Source: Chloroflexota bacterium
GTDB taxonomy: Bacteria; Chloroflexota; Dehalococcoidia; SZUA-161; SpSt-899
Assembly: GCA_013203045.1 (NCBI GenBank)
Contig: JABMQN010000004.1
Span: forward strand, 1-58,918
DNA: 58,918 nt
Direction: 5' to 3'
Below are positions 9,463 to 20,037 of this stretch, one piece after another. The notes beneath the pieces were generated by a model. It did no database searches. It saw only the letters and a list, made by a program, of their open reading frames with translations, and had not been told where the DNA came from. The position numbers and the translations under genes were made by a program. Each line of letters opens with the position of its first letter. Positions within the stretch are counted from its first letter, which is position 1.

Positions 9463-10707
9463 TTACAGGTATGCGGAAATTGGCTCTACCGTGAGGATTT
9501 GCCTGGTGATATCCGGATATTGGGCAATGAATCTGAGTTCCACATCTAACAGCGATTTCTGATTGTGCAGACTCGCATAGCGAACCAAATCGAGGATTTC
9601 ACTGGCATGATTATCATTTTCAAACTCAATCCCCATCCGAAAGTAGACACTTCGAAGCCCCTTTATCCCAGAGTATTCGCCCACAGTAATCTCTTGCCCG
9701 GTGCTAATGATTTCCGGTTCCCCACGGCCCACATCCTCCAAGTTATACAACTCATACGTCTTCCTGTTTTCAAGCGCTCCGGCAGCATGGATTCCGGATT
9801 CATGTGCAAAAGCATTTGCACCCATCGCAGGTTGATTGATAGGAATAGGAATTCCCAGAGCATACGAAACATATTTGCACAATCGATATGCCACATCAAG
9901 CTTTATCCTGTCATCGACACCATAATGCTCCAACCCACAACCATGCTTCAGTGCAAGGATCACCGAAATTGTGTCTGCGTTTCCCGCACGTTCTCCGATA
10001 CCATTAATACAGGTATTTACGTACACATCAGATCCACTATCAATCGCGGCCTTCGCCCCCGCAACAGAATTGGCTACCGCCATTCCAATATCATTGTGGC
10101 AATGGACCTCTATCCCCATTTTAAGTTGCGAAGCGAGATTCGTAATACGTTCATAGATCGAAAACGGTGTTTCGCACCCTACTGTGTCACAATACCGCAA
10201 TCGATCCGCTCCGGCAGATTCGGCTGCTCCAGCAAATTCGATAAGGTAATCCATATCTGAACGAGAAGCATCCTCAGCATTCACACCAACAGAAATCGCC
10301 CCTCTTTCTTTAGCCAACTTGACAGCTTCAATCATTGTTGCGATTACGTCATCGTGGCTGAACTTCCCTCCGAATTTGTGTTCGATCATGATGTCAGATG
10401 TGGAAATCGAAAGATTAACATGTTTCAATGCGGGACAATTGGAAAACGCCAGTTCCACATCCCCGGGAATGGCCCGGAGCCATCCACTCAATCGAGTATT
10501 TGTGATAATACCGCGTTCAACAAGTTCCAGATTTGCATTCAAATAGTTGATTTCATGCGACGTAATCGGAAACCCGAACTCACTTTGAAAAACTCCAAGT
10601 TCATCCAGATAGAGATCAAGTATGGTTTTTTGAAATTTTGACAAGCAAATACGAGGCGCCTGGACGCCATCCCTATTTGTAACATCAATAATGTAAGCTG
10701 TAGCCAC
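9463..10707 (-). CDS. DRE-TIM metallolyase, homocitrate-synthase-like, probably Re-citrate synthase
   Basis: [31 protein letters not shown] and FAHESGIH motifs. From memory it resembles the Dehalococcoides Re-citrate synthase type (QSEFGFP motif). Confidence 0.75.
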   Translation of the reverse strand: MATAYIIDVTNRDGVQAPRICLSKFQKTILDLYLDELGVFQSEFGFPITSHEINYLNANLELVERGIITNTRLSGWLRAIPGDVELAFSNCPALKHVNLSISTSDIMIEHKFGGKFSHDDVIATMIEAVKLAKERGAISVGVNAEDASRSDMDYLIEFAGAAESAGADRLRYCDTVGCETPFSIYERITNLASQLKMGIEVHCHNDIGMAVANSVAGAKAAIDSGSDVYVNTCINGIGERAGNADTISVILALKHGCGLEHYGVDDRIKLDVAYRLCKYVSYALGIPIPINQPAMGANAFAHESGIHAAGALENRKTYELYNLEDVGRGEPEIISTGQEITVGEYSGIKGLRSVYFRMGIEFENDNHASEILDLVRYASLHNQKSLLDVELRFIAQYPDITRQILTVEPISAYL

Positions 10708-10811
10708 TAGTTGCTCCTACAAGTATTCCGCTGCTGTTTCACTTTACCATCAAATTCCATCTAACATTATAGTCGAAATCACGTCATACAGCACTATAGT
10801 AAAGCATTTTC

Positions 10812-10840
10812 TTGACACCATTACTTTACTATAATATAGT
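10812..10840 (+). promoter_or_regulatory. Sigma70-type promoter of the ilv-leu operon
   Basis: TTGACA-17 nt-TATAGT. Confidence 0.6.
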
Positions 10841-10884
10841 TTTCAACAGTCACCCATTTATTCGCAAATGCGATCTTCATACTC

Positions 10885-10909
10885 CGCTCCTATTAGAGTG
10901 GCTTTTTTT
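10885..10909 (+). terminator. Terminator-like hairpin in the ilvD leader
   Basis: CCGCTC-ctatta-GAGTGG followed by a T-tract. Confidence 0.45.
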
Positions 10910-10936
10910 GATTAACCAGGTCAAGGAGATGATACC

Positions 10937-12595
10937 ATGAGAAGCGATGTCACCAAGCAAGGTATCGAAAGAGCACCACACCGCTCATTATTTCGGGCAC
11001 TTGGATGCGGCGATAAGGAAATTAGGCAGCCATCTATCGGCATCGTCAATAGCTACAATGAAATTATCCCGGGGCACATGCACTTGAAGAACCTCGCTGA
11101 AGCAGCGAAGCAGGGCGTATATGCCGCGGGGGGAACTCCATTTGAGGTCAACACAATCGGTATTTGCGATGGCATAGCCATGAATCATCCCGGAATGAGG
11201 TTCAGTCTGCCTAGCCGAGAACTTATTGCCGATTCTGTGGAAGTAGTCGTCCAGGCGCATGCATTTGATGCTCTGGTATTCATCACCAATTGTGACAAGA
11301 TTATTCCGGGTATGCTGATGGCAGCAGTTCGGCTCAACATACCTTCCATTTTTGTCAGCGGCGGACCGATGCTCGCCACCCGTATGGGAAAAGACAAATA
11401 CGTCGATCTTTTCAGTGTGTTTGAGGCAGTGGGACAGGTGACGACAGGACAGATGACCGAAGCCGAGTTGGACGAACTGGAAAGAGTCGCCTGTCCGGGA
11501 TGCGGTAGCTGTGCCGGTATGTTCACCGCCAATACCATGAACTGTCTTACCGAAGCACTGGGGATGGGACTTCCCGGTAACGGGACCATTCCCGCTGTAG
11601 ATTCCCGCCGAATCGTACTCGCCCGAGAGGTCGGAAGACAAGTGATGGAACTTCTTAAGGAAGATATTCGTCCATTGGATATCATCACCAAAGATTCTAT
11701 GCATAATGCTTTTACAGCAGATACAGCAATGGGTGGTAGCAGCAATTCAGTGTTGCACCTGTTGGCTATTGCTTCAGAAGCTAAAATTGACTTCCCGCTT
11801 GAGGAGATCAACAAAATAAGCCAGAATACGCCTCATATTTCCAAGCTGAGCCCTTCGGGAACTTATCATATCGAGGATCTCGATTTCGCGGGAGGTATTC
11901 CTGCGCTTATGAAAGAACTCTCAAATCTTTTGAAACTTGATGCGAAAACCGTATCCGGCGAATCTTTAGGCGAAATTATCGCTGACGCCAAAATCAAAGA
12001 TACAGACATTATCCGTTCAAAAGAGAACGCCTATTCGGAAAGGGGAGGCCTCACCATTCTATTCGGGAACCTTGCACCGGACGGAGCCGTCGTTAAAAGT
12101 GCAGCAGTTGCACCGGAGATGATGGTTCATCAAGGGCCAGCTCGCATATTCAATTCTGAAGCTGAAGCTACACAGGGGATCATGAGTGGTTCTATCAAAG
12201 GTGGTGAAGTGGTCGTCCTGCGATACGAAGGACCCAAAGGAGGTCCCGGTATGCCGGAGATGTTGACTCCAACTTCTCTGATAACCGGTATGGGACTGGG
12301 AGAAAAAGTGGCATTAATTACAGACGGTCGCTTTTCCGGAGCAACCCGAGGCGCTTCGATTGGTCACGTCTCACCAGAAGCTGCTGAAGGCGGACCTATT
12401 GCTGCATTGGAAGAAGGCGATATAATTAAAATCGATATTCTCAATTGCAAAATTGATGTTGAATTGAGTCAGGACGAAATCGAACAGAGACTTTCCAAAT
12501 TGCCGAAATTCGAGCCCAAAATCAAAACTGGCTACCTCAGCCGCTATATCGAGAAAGTGACCTCTGCAAGTACAGGGGCAGTCTTTAAACAATAG
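10937..12595 (+). CDS. ilvD: Dihydroxy-acid dehydratase
   Basis: [32 protein letters not shown] and TDGRFSG motifs. Confidence 0.97.
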   Translation: MRSDVTKQGIERAPHRSLFRALGCGDKEIRQPSIGIVNSYNEIIPGHMHLKNLAEAAKQGVYAAGGTPFEVNTIGICDGIAMNHPGMRFSLPSRELIADSVEVVVQAHAFDALVFITNCDKIIPGMLMAAVRLNIPSIFVSGGPMLATRMGKDKYVDLFSVFEAVGQVTTGQMTEAELDELERVACPGCGSCAGMFTANTMNCLTEALGMGLPGNGTIPAVDSRRIVLAREVGRQVMELLKEDIRPLDIITKDSMHNAFTADTAMGGSSNSVLHLLAIASEAKIDFPLEEINKISQNTPHISKLSPSGTYHIEDLDFAGGIPALMKELSNLLKLDAKTVSGESLGEIIADAKIKDTDIIRSKENAYSERGGLTILFGNLAPDGAVVKSAAVAPEMMVHQGPARIFNSEAEATQGIMSGSIKGGEVVVLRYEGPKGGPGMPEMLTPTSLITGMGLGEKVALITDGRFSGATRGASIGHVSPEAAEGGPIAALEEGDIIKIDILNCKIDVELSQDEIEQRLSKLPKFEPKIKTGYLSRYIEKVTSASTGAVFKQ

Positions 12596-12617
12596 TGACA
12601 GTTGAGGGAGGGAAAAC

Positions 12618-14324
12618 ATGACAACAAAATTGAAAGGCGCCCAAATACTTTGCCAATCATTAATAAACGAAGGAGTCGAAACTATCTTCGGTTTCCCCGG
12701 TGGTGCTGTATTACCTTTATATGATACCTTGCCGCAGTATCCACAACTTCGGCATATTCTGGTACGTCATGAGCAGGCAGCGGCCCATGCTGCGGATGCA
12801 TATGCCCGTGTCACTGGGAAGGTGGGAGTATGCTTCGCCACCTCAGGTCCCGGTGCTACGAATCTGGTAACTGGCATTGCCAACGCTCATCTCGACTCTG
12901 TCCCAATGGTAGCTATAACCGGACAGGTAGCCCGGCCGTTCATCGGGAAGGACGCTTTTCAAGAAATCGATATAACAGGGATTACCGTACCCATTACGAA
13001 ACATAGTTACGCGGTACGCAAAGCGGAAGAACTGGGTACCATTATTAAGGAAGCCTTTTACATCGCCAACACAGGCAGGCCCGGCCCAGTTCTCATTGAT
13101 ATCCCAAAAGATGTGTTTGATGAAGAGGCAAATTTCAAGTATCCGGATACGATCGATCTAGCCGGGTATGAACCGACAACTCATGGACATCCGCTGCAAA
13201 TAAAGAAGGCTGCCAAACTGATCAACGAGGCCAAGCGGCCAGTGATCATTACGGGCCGAGGTATAATTATTTCGAAAGCTTACAGCGAACTCAAAGAACT
13301 GGCGGAGAAAGCCCAGATACCCATTACCTATACTCTTCTGGGTATCGGGGGATTCCCCGAGAGCCATGTGCTCAGTTTCGGCATGCTTGGTATGCATGGA
13401 ATGGCCTATGCTAACCTGGCCATCGACTCAGCTGATTTGGTCATTGCGATAGGCATGCGATTTGACGATCGGGCCACTGCTAACGTGTCCCGTTTCGCCA
13501 CTCAGGCTCAGATCATCCACATCGATATCGATCCGGCTGAAATAGGTAAGAATCTGAAGATCACTGTCCCGATTGTAGGCGACTGTAAAAACGTGTTGAC
13601 AGAACTGAACAAACTAGTGGAATCTCAACCACGTGTCAAATGGATAAAAGAGATCGAACAGTTGCGGCATGACCACCCTTCCCATACCATCCGGGAAACA
13701 GAAGATCTTATTCCGCAGTATGTTATTCGACAAATCTATGAGATCACTAAGGGGAATGCCACCATCGTCACGGGCGTGGGCCAACATCAGATGTGGTCAG
13801 CACAGCACTACGTTTATGATAAACCCAACAGTCTCGTCTCTTCCGGAGGTTTGGGAACAATGGGATTTGAACTTCCTGCCGGTATGGGAGCAAAAGTGGG
13901 AATCCCTAACGAAATCGTGTGGACCATTGCTGGAGACGGTGGTTTCCAGATGACGATACAGGAACTGGCTACCATCGTCCAGGAAAACATTGGTCTTAAG
14001 ATTGCGATCATGAACAACGGCTACCTCGGTATGGTCAGGCAATGGCAGGAATTATTCTACCAGCGCCGTTACGTGGCTACACCATTGGCCGGACCGGATT
14101 TCCTGAAGATTGCTGATGCTTATGGAATTCCCGCCATCAGAGTTGAACACAAAATAGATGTGATTCCAGCCATCCAGAAGGCTATGGATACCGATGGACC
14201 ATTCCTTATCGATTTTAGAATTGAGCCGGAGGAAAATGTGTATCCTATGGTTGCTCCGGGAGCTTCCCTAGCAGAAATATTGGAAGAGCCTAGTAAAGAT
14301 GAAGCGAGCCTTGCAGGCAAGTAG
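12618..14324 (+). CDS. ilvB: Acetolactate synthase large subunit
   Basis: RHEQ, TSGPGATN, GGLGTMG, GDGGFQM and LGMVRQWQ motifs. Confidence 0.97.
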   Translation: MTTKLKGAQILCQSLINEGVETIFGFPGGAVLPLYDTLPQYPQLRHILVRHEQAAAHAADAYARVTGKVGVCFATSGPGATNLVTGIANAHLDSVPMVAITGQVARPFIGKDAFQEIDITGITVPITKHSYAVRKAEELGTIIKEAFYIANTGRPGPVLIDIPKDVFDEEANFKYPDTIDLAGYEPTTHGHPLQIKKAAKLINEAKRPVIITGRGIIISKAYSELKELAEKAQIPITYTLLGIGGFPESHVLSFGMLGMHGMAYANLAIDSADLVIAIGMRFDDRATANVSRFATQAQIIHIDIDPAEIGKNLKITVPIVGDCKNVLTELNKLVESQPRVKWIKEIEQLRHDHPSHTIRETEDLIPQYVIRQIYEITKGNATIVTGVGQHQMWSAQHYVYDKPNSLVSSGGLGTMGFELPAGMGAKVGIPNEIVWTIAGDGGFQMTIQELATIVQENIGLKIAIMNNGYLGMVRQWQELFYQRRYVATPLAGPDFLKIADAYGIPAIRVEHKIDVIPAIQKAMDTDGPFLIDFRIEPEENVYPMVAPGASLAEILEEPSKDEASLAGK

Positions 14325-14363
14325 CGTTATCTGAAAGTGTCGAGAGCGGAGGATAATGAAAAA

Positions 14364-14927
14364 ATGGCCACAATGAAACGTACACTAGTAATGCTGGTCG
14401 AAGATAAGCCCGGTGTTCTGAACAGGGTAACGAGCATGATTCGCCGACGTAATTTCAATATCGATAGTATCACCGTTGGTCATTCTGTGACCCCCGGACT
14501 TTCGAGAATGGTTATCAGTGTCGATGGAGCCACGACGGCTGTTGAACAGGTTAGAAAACAACTGGACAAGATCATTGAAGTTGTGAAGATAACCGATATC
14601 AGCGAAGAGAATATTATTTCACGTGAACTGGCTCTGATAAAAGTCGAATCAACCCCTGACACACGAGCTGAAATAGTCCGAATAGCTACTGATGTTTACC
14701 GGGCAAATGTGGTTGACTTCACCCCCGAGTCCATCATAATTGAGATCTCAGGCGACGAAGATAAAGTGAACTCATTAATTGATCTTCTTCGCGGATTCGG
14801 GGTGATTGAACTGGCTCGTACCGGACGGATAGCTATCACACGAGGGAAGCTAGGACCTCTTCCCAAAACAGGGGAGGAACAACCCAAACGGCCAAAACAA
14901 AAAAAACCAAAGCATCAAAATAACTGA
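14364..14927 (+). CDS. ilvN: Acetolactate synthase small regulatory subunit
   Basis: [22 protein letters not shown] domain and ELARTG. Start approximate. Confidence 0.93.
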   Translation: MATMKRTLVMLVEDKPGVLNRVTSMIRRRNFNIDSITVGHSVTPGLSRMVISVDGATTAVEQVRKQLDKIIEVVKITDISEENIISRELALIKVESTPDTRAEIVRIATDVYRANVVDFTPESIIIEISGDEDKVNSLIDLLRGFGVIELARTGRIAITRGKLGPLPKTGEEQPKRPKQKKPKHQNN

Positions 14928-14947
14928 AAATATATTTAGGAGGAACA

Positions 14948-15937
14948 ATGGCTACAATCTATCACGACAAGGATGCAAATCTCAAACTGATCAAGAACAA
15001 GACGATCGGTGTCATTGGCTTCGGCAGCCAGGGACATGCACATGCACAGAATCTTACGGACAGCGGTTGCAAAGTAATGGTCGGTGAGCTCTCCGGCAGC
15101 GCCCCCTGGAAAGCCGCTAAAAAGGCGGGTTTAACGGTAGCATCTGCAGAAAAGGTTGCCAAGGCTTCCGATATCATCATCATGCTTGTTCCCGATACCA
15201 TGCAAGCCAAGATATATCATGAATCCATCGAAAAGAATCTCACGGCTGGAAAAATGCTTATGTTTGCGCATGGATTCAACATCCATTACAACCAGATCGT
15301 ACCACCAGCCAATGTTGACGTCACTATGATCGCTCCCAAGGGTCCCGGTCATATGGTACGCCAAAACTTCACTGAAGGTATCGGTACTCCAGCTTTGGTA
15401 GCCGTGTATCAGGATGCCAGCGGTAAGGCGTTTGAAAAAGCCCTAGCTTATGGCAAGGGCATAGGATCGGCCCGCGCCGGCATACTCGAAACAACTTTCG
15501 CAGAAGAAACCGAAACTGACCTTTTCGGTGAGCAGGCCGTCCTGTGTGGTGGAGTCACTGCCATGATCAAAACCGCATTCGAAACGCTGGTAGACGCCGG
15601 TTATCAGCCAGAGATCGCCTACTTTGAGGTATGTCATGAATTGAAACTTATTGTCGACCTCATCCACCGTGGCGGATTCAAATTCATGCGCTATTCAGTT
15701 AGCGATACAGCGGAATACGGTGATTATACACGCGGGCCACGCATCATTAACGATGATACCCGGGAGGAAATGTGGAAAATCCTGGAAGAAATCCAGAACG
15801 GCACATTCGCTCGTGAATGGATTCTGGAAAATCAAGCTGGAGCACCTGCGTTCAACGCATTTCGCAGAATGGAAGCAGATCATGAAATCGAAGAGGTTGG
15901 TGAAGAGCTTCGTGGGATGATGCCCTGGCTTAAGTAA
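14948..15937 (+). CDS. ilvC: Ketol-acid reductoisomerase
   Basis: [24 protein letters not shown] and SDTAEYG motifs. Confidence 0.97.
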   Translation: MATIYHDKDANLKLIKNKTIGVIGFGSQGHAHAQNLTDSGCKVMVGELSGSAPWKAAKKAGLTVASAEKVAKASDIIIMLVPDTMQAKIYHESIEKNLTAGKMLMFAHGFNIHYNQIVPPANVDVTMIAPKGPGHMVRQNFTEGIGTPALVAVYQDASGKAFEKALAYGKGIGSARAGILETTFAEETETDLFGEQAVLCGGVTAMIKTAFETLVDAGYQPEIAYFEVCHELKLIVDLIHRGGFKFMRYSVSDTAEYGDYTRGPRIINDDTREEMWKILEEIQNGTFAREWILENQAGAPAFNAFRRMEADHEIEEVGEELRGMMPWLK

Positions 15938-15995
15938 AACAAATTATCATGGCTCGCCATAAACCGGGCGAGTTCACAATTCGCAGGAGAAGGCA

Positions 15996-17510
15996 ATGGA
16001 TAAGGTCATCATATTCGATACAACACTTCGTGATGGGGAGCAATCCGCAGGCGCAGCTCTGACGATTTCTGAAAAGCTAGAGATCGCCCGCCAGCTGGAG
16101 AAGCTGGGCGTAGATGTTATCGAAGCTGGCTTCCCGATCGCTTCCCCCGGTGATCTTGAGGCAGTTCGCAATATTTCAAAGGAGATACGCGGATCGTCGA
16201 TCTGTGCCTTGTCCCACGCCCAACCTCAGGCCGTGGATACCGCATGGGAAGGGATCAAAGATGCTGCGGAACCACGTATCCACGTGTTTCTTTCCTCTTC
16301 GGAAATTCACATGTCCCATCAGCTTCGGAAGAATCGCGATCAGGTCCTGGAGCAGGCACGCGCCATGGTGGCACGCGCCAAGAAACATCTTGATAATGTG
16401 GAATTCTCACCTATGGATGCTACCCGCACAGACCGCAAATTCCTCTATCAACTACTGCGAGCCGTGATCGATGCCGGTGCTACTACCGTGAACATACCGG
16501 ATACCGTTGGATATACCATGCCTAAGGAATTCGGGAGTTTGATTCAGGGGATCAAGCGAAACGTAGACAATATTGAAAAGGCTGTAATCAGTGTGCACTG
16601 TCACAATGATCTGGGCCTGGCAGTTGCCAATAGCCTGGCTGCCATCGATAGCGGTGCGCGACAGATCGAATGTACCGTGAATGGTATTGGGGAACGTGCC
16701 GGAAATGCTTCGATGGAAGAGATCGTGATGGCAATAAAAACCCGTCATGATTTAATGAAATATTCCACCGATATCAATACAGAACGGATATACAAGACCA
16801 GTCGTCTGGTAAGCGATTTCACTGGCATGTACGTCCAGCCCAACAAGGCAATCGTTGGAGCCAATGCTTTTCGCCACGAATCAGGCATTCATCAAGACGG
16901 TATCATCAAGGAACGAACCACTTACGAGATTATGGACCCTGAATCAATCGGGCTCTCTGGAACGACGCTCTCTCTGGGCAAACTCAGTGGACGCCATGCT
17001 TTCAGGAAGCGACTTGAATCACTCGGATATGCACTGAGTGACGATGAAATCAATCGAACATTTGCCGCCTTCAAGGAGTTGGCCGATAAGAAAAAAGAAA
17101 TCACTGATCGCGATCTTGAGGCCATTATAAGTGAGGAATTAAGAACTATTTCTGAAATCTACCACCTGGAACAGGTACAGGTCTCTTGTGGTGATCTCAC
17201 TATGCCCACAGCCTCCGTCAGACTGACCGGCCCTGATGGCAAAATCCTTTCTGATGCTGCACAAGGAACCGGTCCTGTTGATGCAGTCTACAGGGCTATT
17301 AACCGGCTGGTCAAGGTTCCCAATGAACTCATCGAATTCAGTGTCAAATCGGTCACTGAAGGTATTGATGCAATCGGTGAGGTTACCATTAGAATAGAAA
17401 GCGAAGGTAAGCGATACGCCGGGCGCGGCGCTCACACAGACATAATTGTGGCCAGTGCCAGGGCATACATGAATGCCCTGAACCGCCTGCTGGTCACTAA
17501 AGGAGAGTGA
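15996..17510 (+). CDS. leuA: 2-isopropylmalate synthase
   Basis: [16 protein letters not shown] and HESGIHQDG motifs, plus the C-terminal regulatory GPVDA domain. Confidence 0.96.
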   Translation: MDKVIIFDTTLRDGEQSAGAALTISEKLEIARQLEKLGVDVIEAGFPIASPGDLEAVRNISKEIRGSSICALSHAQPQAVDTAWEGIKDAAEPRIHVFLSSSEIHMSHQLRKNRDQVLEQARAMVARAKKHLDNVEFSPMDATRTDRKFLYQLLRAVIDAGATTVNIPDTVGYTMPKEFGSLIQGIKRNVDNIEKAVISVHCHNDLGLAVANSLAAIDSGARQIECTVNGIGERAGNASMEEIVMAIKTRHDLMKYSTDINTERIYKTSRLVSDFTGMYVQPNKAIVGANAFRHESGIHQDGIIKERTTYEIMDPESIGLSGTTLSLGKLSGRHAFRKRLESLGYALSDDEINRTFAAFKELADKKKEITDRDLEAIISEELRTISEIYHLEQVQVSCGDLTMPTASVRLTGPDGKILSDAAQGTGPVDAVYRAINRLVKVPNELIEFSVKSVTEGIDAIGEVTIRIESEGKRYAGRGAHTDIIVASARAYMNALNRLLVTKGE

Positions 17511-17944
17511 TGGACATTGCGATAGACGCGGGAATGGAGTTCGAGATCATGTTGCGCGTCTTCGTGGCGGCAGTTCTGGGTGGGGGTATAGGATTGCAGA
17601 GAGGGCTGGCCAGGAAATCTGCCGGGATACGCACTCACGCTCTAATTTGTCTTGGCGCCGCTTTGTTTACCTCGGTAGCAGAGGGATTTGAAACCGTACA
17701 GGGATTCGATCCATCAAGGATTGCCGCCGGTGTGGTCACCGGAATCGGATTCGTCGGGGCTGGAGTGATCCTCCGCTCTGAGACAGGCAGGGTAGAAGGA
17801 GTAACCACAGCAGCCAGCATCTGGGCAACAGCGGCTGTTGGAGTAGCCATCGGTACAGGCCTATATATTGTTGGGACATTTACGGCCATCCTTGCCGGTA
17901 CTGTTATGGCAGTCCGCTTATTATTGAATAAAAAACCCAAGTAG
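17510..17944 (+). CDS. MgtC/SapB family membrane protein
   Basis: AGIRTH, DPSRIAAGVVTGIGFVGAG and GVTTAASIW motifs. TGATG overlap with leuA. Confidence 0.92.
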   Translation: MDIAIDAGMEFEIMLRVFVAAVLGGGIGLQRGLARKSAGIRTHALICLGAALFTSVAEGFETVQGFDPSRIAAGVVTGIGFVGAGVILRSETGRVEGVTTAASIWATAAVGVAIGTGLYIVGTFTAILAGTVMAVRLLLNKKPK

Positions 17945-17976
17945 ACAATTCCCCACAATTTAACGAATAATCAAAC

Positions 17977-18077
17977 GTTATTTGAAGGGAACATCGCGAC
18001 TGAAGAATCTCAAAACAATGGTATAGCAATGTAACCTTTCCTGAGTATGATGAGATTTTTGCATCGCTCAGAATAAC
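17977..18077. repeat. Degenerate REP-like element (GTCATTCTGAG..GAAGAATCTC family)
   Basis: GTTATTTGAAGG..GAAGAATCTCA..TGAGATTTT..CTCAGAATAAC. Same family as 58813-58886. Confidence 0.65.
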
Positions 18078-18102
18078 ACCTCAATAGGGCCAAGGAGAAA
18101 TC

Positions 18103-18585
18103 ATGCCCAAAGTATTGGTTATTTATGATTCTCGATCAGGTAATACTGCAAAAATGGCTGATGAAGTAGCCGATGGAGCGCGGCTTTCAGGTATTGAAGT
18201 TGAAGTAAAAAAAGTCCAAGATGCCAAACCGGAAGATATGCTGGATGCCGATGGCATTATCTTCGGCTCTCCCAATCATTTTGGAACCATGTCCGAAAAG
18301 ATGAAGGCGTTCATCAACGATTCCGTCAAGGTTCGCAAGAAAATGGAAAACAAAGTTGGGGCTGGGTTCTCGTCATCAGGTACCGTTGGCGGGGGTGGAG
18401 AAACCACTATATTCTCGTTAATTCAAGCAATGATGATCCACAGCATGATTATTGTTGGAGACCCTCTGGAAGCTACCGGACATTATGGCGCAGTAGGTAT
18501 TGGTGCACCTGACGATAGCACCAAAGACATCTGCCGTAAACTGGGCAAGCGCGTCGGCGAGCTGGTGAAGAGGTTGGCTGAATGA
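18103..18585 (+). CDS. Flavodoxin-like / WrbA-type NAD(P)H oxidoreductase
   Basis: [11 protein letters not shown] loop, GSPNHFG and GGGETT motifs. Confidence 0.88.
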   Translation: MPKVLVIYDSRSGNTAKMADEVADGARLSGIEVEVKKVQDAKPEDMLDADGIIFGSPNHFGTMSEKMKAFINDSVKVRKKMENKVGAGFSSSGTVGGGGETTIFSLIQAMMIHSMIIVGDPLEATGHYGAVGIGAPDDSTKDICRKLGKRVGELVKRLAE

Positions 18586-19832
18586 CCATCGCTGAAAAGA
18601 TACTGGCAACACATTGCGGCAAAACAAGGGTTTCGCCCGGCGAACTCATCAATGTTCGCGTCGATCTTGTTCTCTCAAACGATATCACTGCACCAATTGC
18701 TATCAAAGAATTTAACCGCATTGGGGTCAAAAAGGTTTTCGATCCCAACAAAGTTGTCATGGTGCCCGACCATTTTATCCCCAACAAAGACATCGCCTCT
18801 GCCGAACAGGCCAAGATGATGCGCGATTTCGCACTTTCGCAGGGTATCATCTATTTCGAAGTTGGTGAGATGGGCATCGAACATGTGATCTTACCGGAGA
18901 AAGGACTCGTTCTGCCGGGAGATGTCGTCATTGGAGCCGATTCTCACACTTGCACCTACGGCGCTGTGAATGCCTTTGCAACCGGTATGGGTTCAACCGA
19001 TATTGCTACGGCTATGGCAACCGGTGAAATCTGGATGAAGGTCCCACCAACTATTAAATTCGTATATCACGGACAATTGCAGAAATGGGTTGGAGGCAAA
19101 GACCTCATTCTGCACACAATTGGGAATATAGGTGTTGATGGGGCATTATACGCTGCCATGCAATTCGAAGGGGAGGCAATCGACTCGCTCCCAATTGACG
19201 GGCGACTGAGCATGGCCAATATGGCAATAGAAGCCGGGGGTAAAGCAGGACTGTTCCGTGCCGACCAGACAACCCTCGATTACATCAAGCCGCGAGCCAC
19301 TCGTTCCTATACGGTAGTTGATCCCGACCCTGACGCTGAATATGCACAAACCATCGAATATGATGCATCAAAGATCGAGCCGCAAGTAGCCTTCCCGCAC
19401 CTGCCATCCAATACCAGGCCCATCAATCAGGTTGGGAATGTGGAAATCGATCAAGCTGTGATTGGCAGCTGCACCAACGGGCGTCTCAGTGATCTCATCG
19501 TTGCCGCCGAAATACTCAAAGGTAGAAAGGTAGCTAAAAACAAACGCTGTATTATTATCCCCGGATCACAGGAGATTTACCTTCAAGCCCTCAAAATGGG
19601 ACTCCTTGAAACCTTCATTAACGCCGGCGCGGTGGTGAGTACACCTACATGCGGGCCTTGCCTCGGCGGATACATGGGAATCCTCGCTGACGGAGAGCGT
19701 TGCATTTCCACAACCAACCGTAATTTCGTCGGTCGGATGGGGCATACCAAATCAGAGGTCTACCTGGCCAGCCCAGCAATTGCAGCAGCAAGCGCTGTAT
19801 TGGGAAGAATTTGTGGGCCGGAAGAACTGTAG
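18582..19832 (+). CDS. leuC: 3-isopropylmalate dehydratase large subunit
   Basis: [22 protein letters not shown] and TNRNF motifs. Lies in the leu operon. Confidence 0.93.
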   Translation: MTIAEKILATHCGKTRVSPGELINVRVDLVLSNDITAPIAIKEFNRIGVKKVFDPNKVVMVPDHFIPNKDIASAEQAKMMRDFALSQGIIYFEVGEMGIEHVILPEKGLVLPGDVVIGADSHTCTYGAVNAFATGMGSTDIATAMATGEIWMKVPPTIKFVYHGQLQKWVGGKDLILHTIGNIGVDGALYAAMQFEGEAIDSLPIDGRLSMANMAIEAGGKAGLFRADQTTLDYIKPRATRSYTVVDPDPDAEYAQTIEYDASKIEPQVAFPHLPSNTRPINQVGNVEIDQAVIGSCTNGRLSDLIVAAEILKGRKVAKNKRCIIIPGSQEIYLQALKMGLLETFINAGAVVSTPTCGPCLGGYMGILADGERCISTTNRNFVGRMGHTKSEVYLASPAIAAASAVLGRICGPEEL

Positions 19833-19856
19833 TGTTCACTTCACCATAACTCAAAT

Positions 19857-19925
19857 GTTATTCTGGAGTGAAACAGAATGAAGAATCCCATTATATTTAT
19901 ATAATTAATATGGAGATCCTTTGTT
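19857..19925. repeat. Truncated REP-like element
   Basis: GTTATTCTGGAG..GAAGAATCCCA..TGGAGATCCTTT, with the right arm decayed. Confidence 0.5.
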
Positions 19926-20037
19926 ATGCATCTCCGCAGGCCACTGAAACAATAGTGCTCGAAATTTGAGAGAATCAATGTTGAGTGCAAGCAAACAAAA
20001 TTGCAAATCAAATACTTGCCAAATCAAAGAGGAGATT

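Noticed and set aside
10868-10915. Leader peptide MRSSYSAPIRVAFFD upstream of ilvD
   Set aside because: No RBS and no run of Ile/Leu/Val codons.
9565-11814. Long antisense ORFs (231, 238 and 209 aa)
   Set aside because: Shadow frames of the citrate-synthase-like gene and ilvD.
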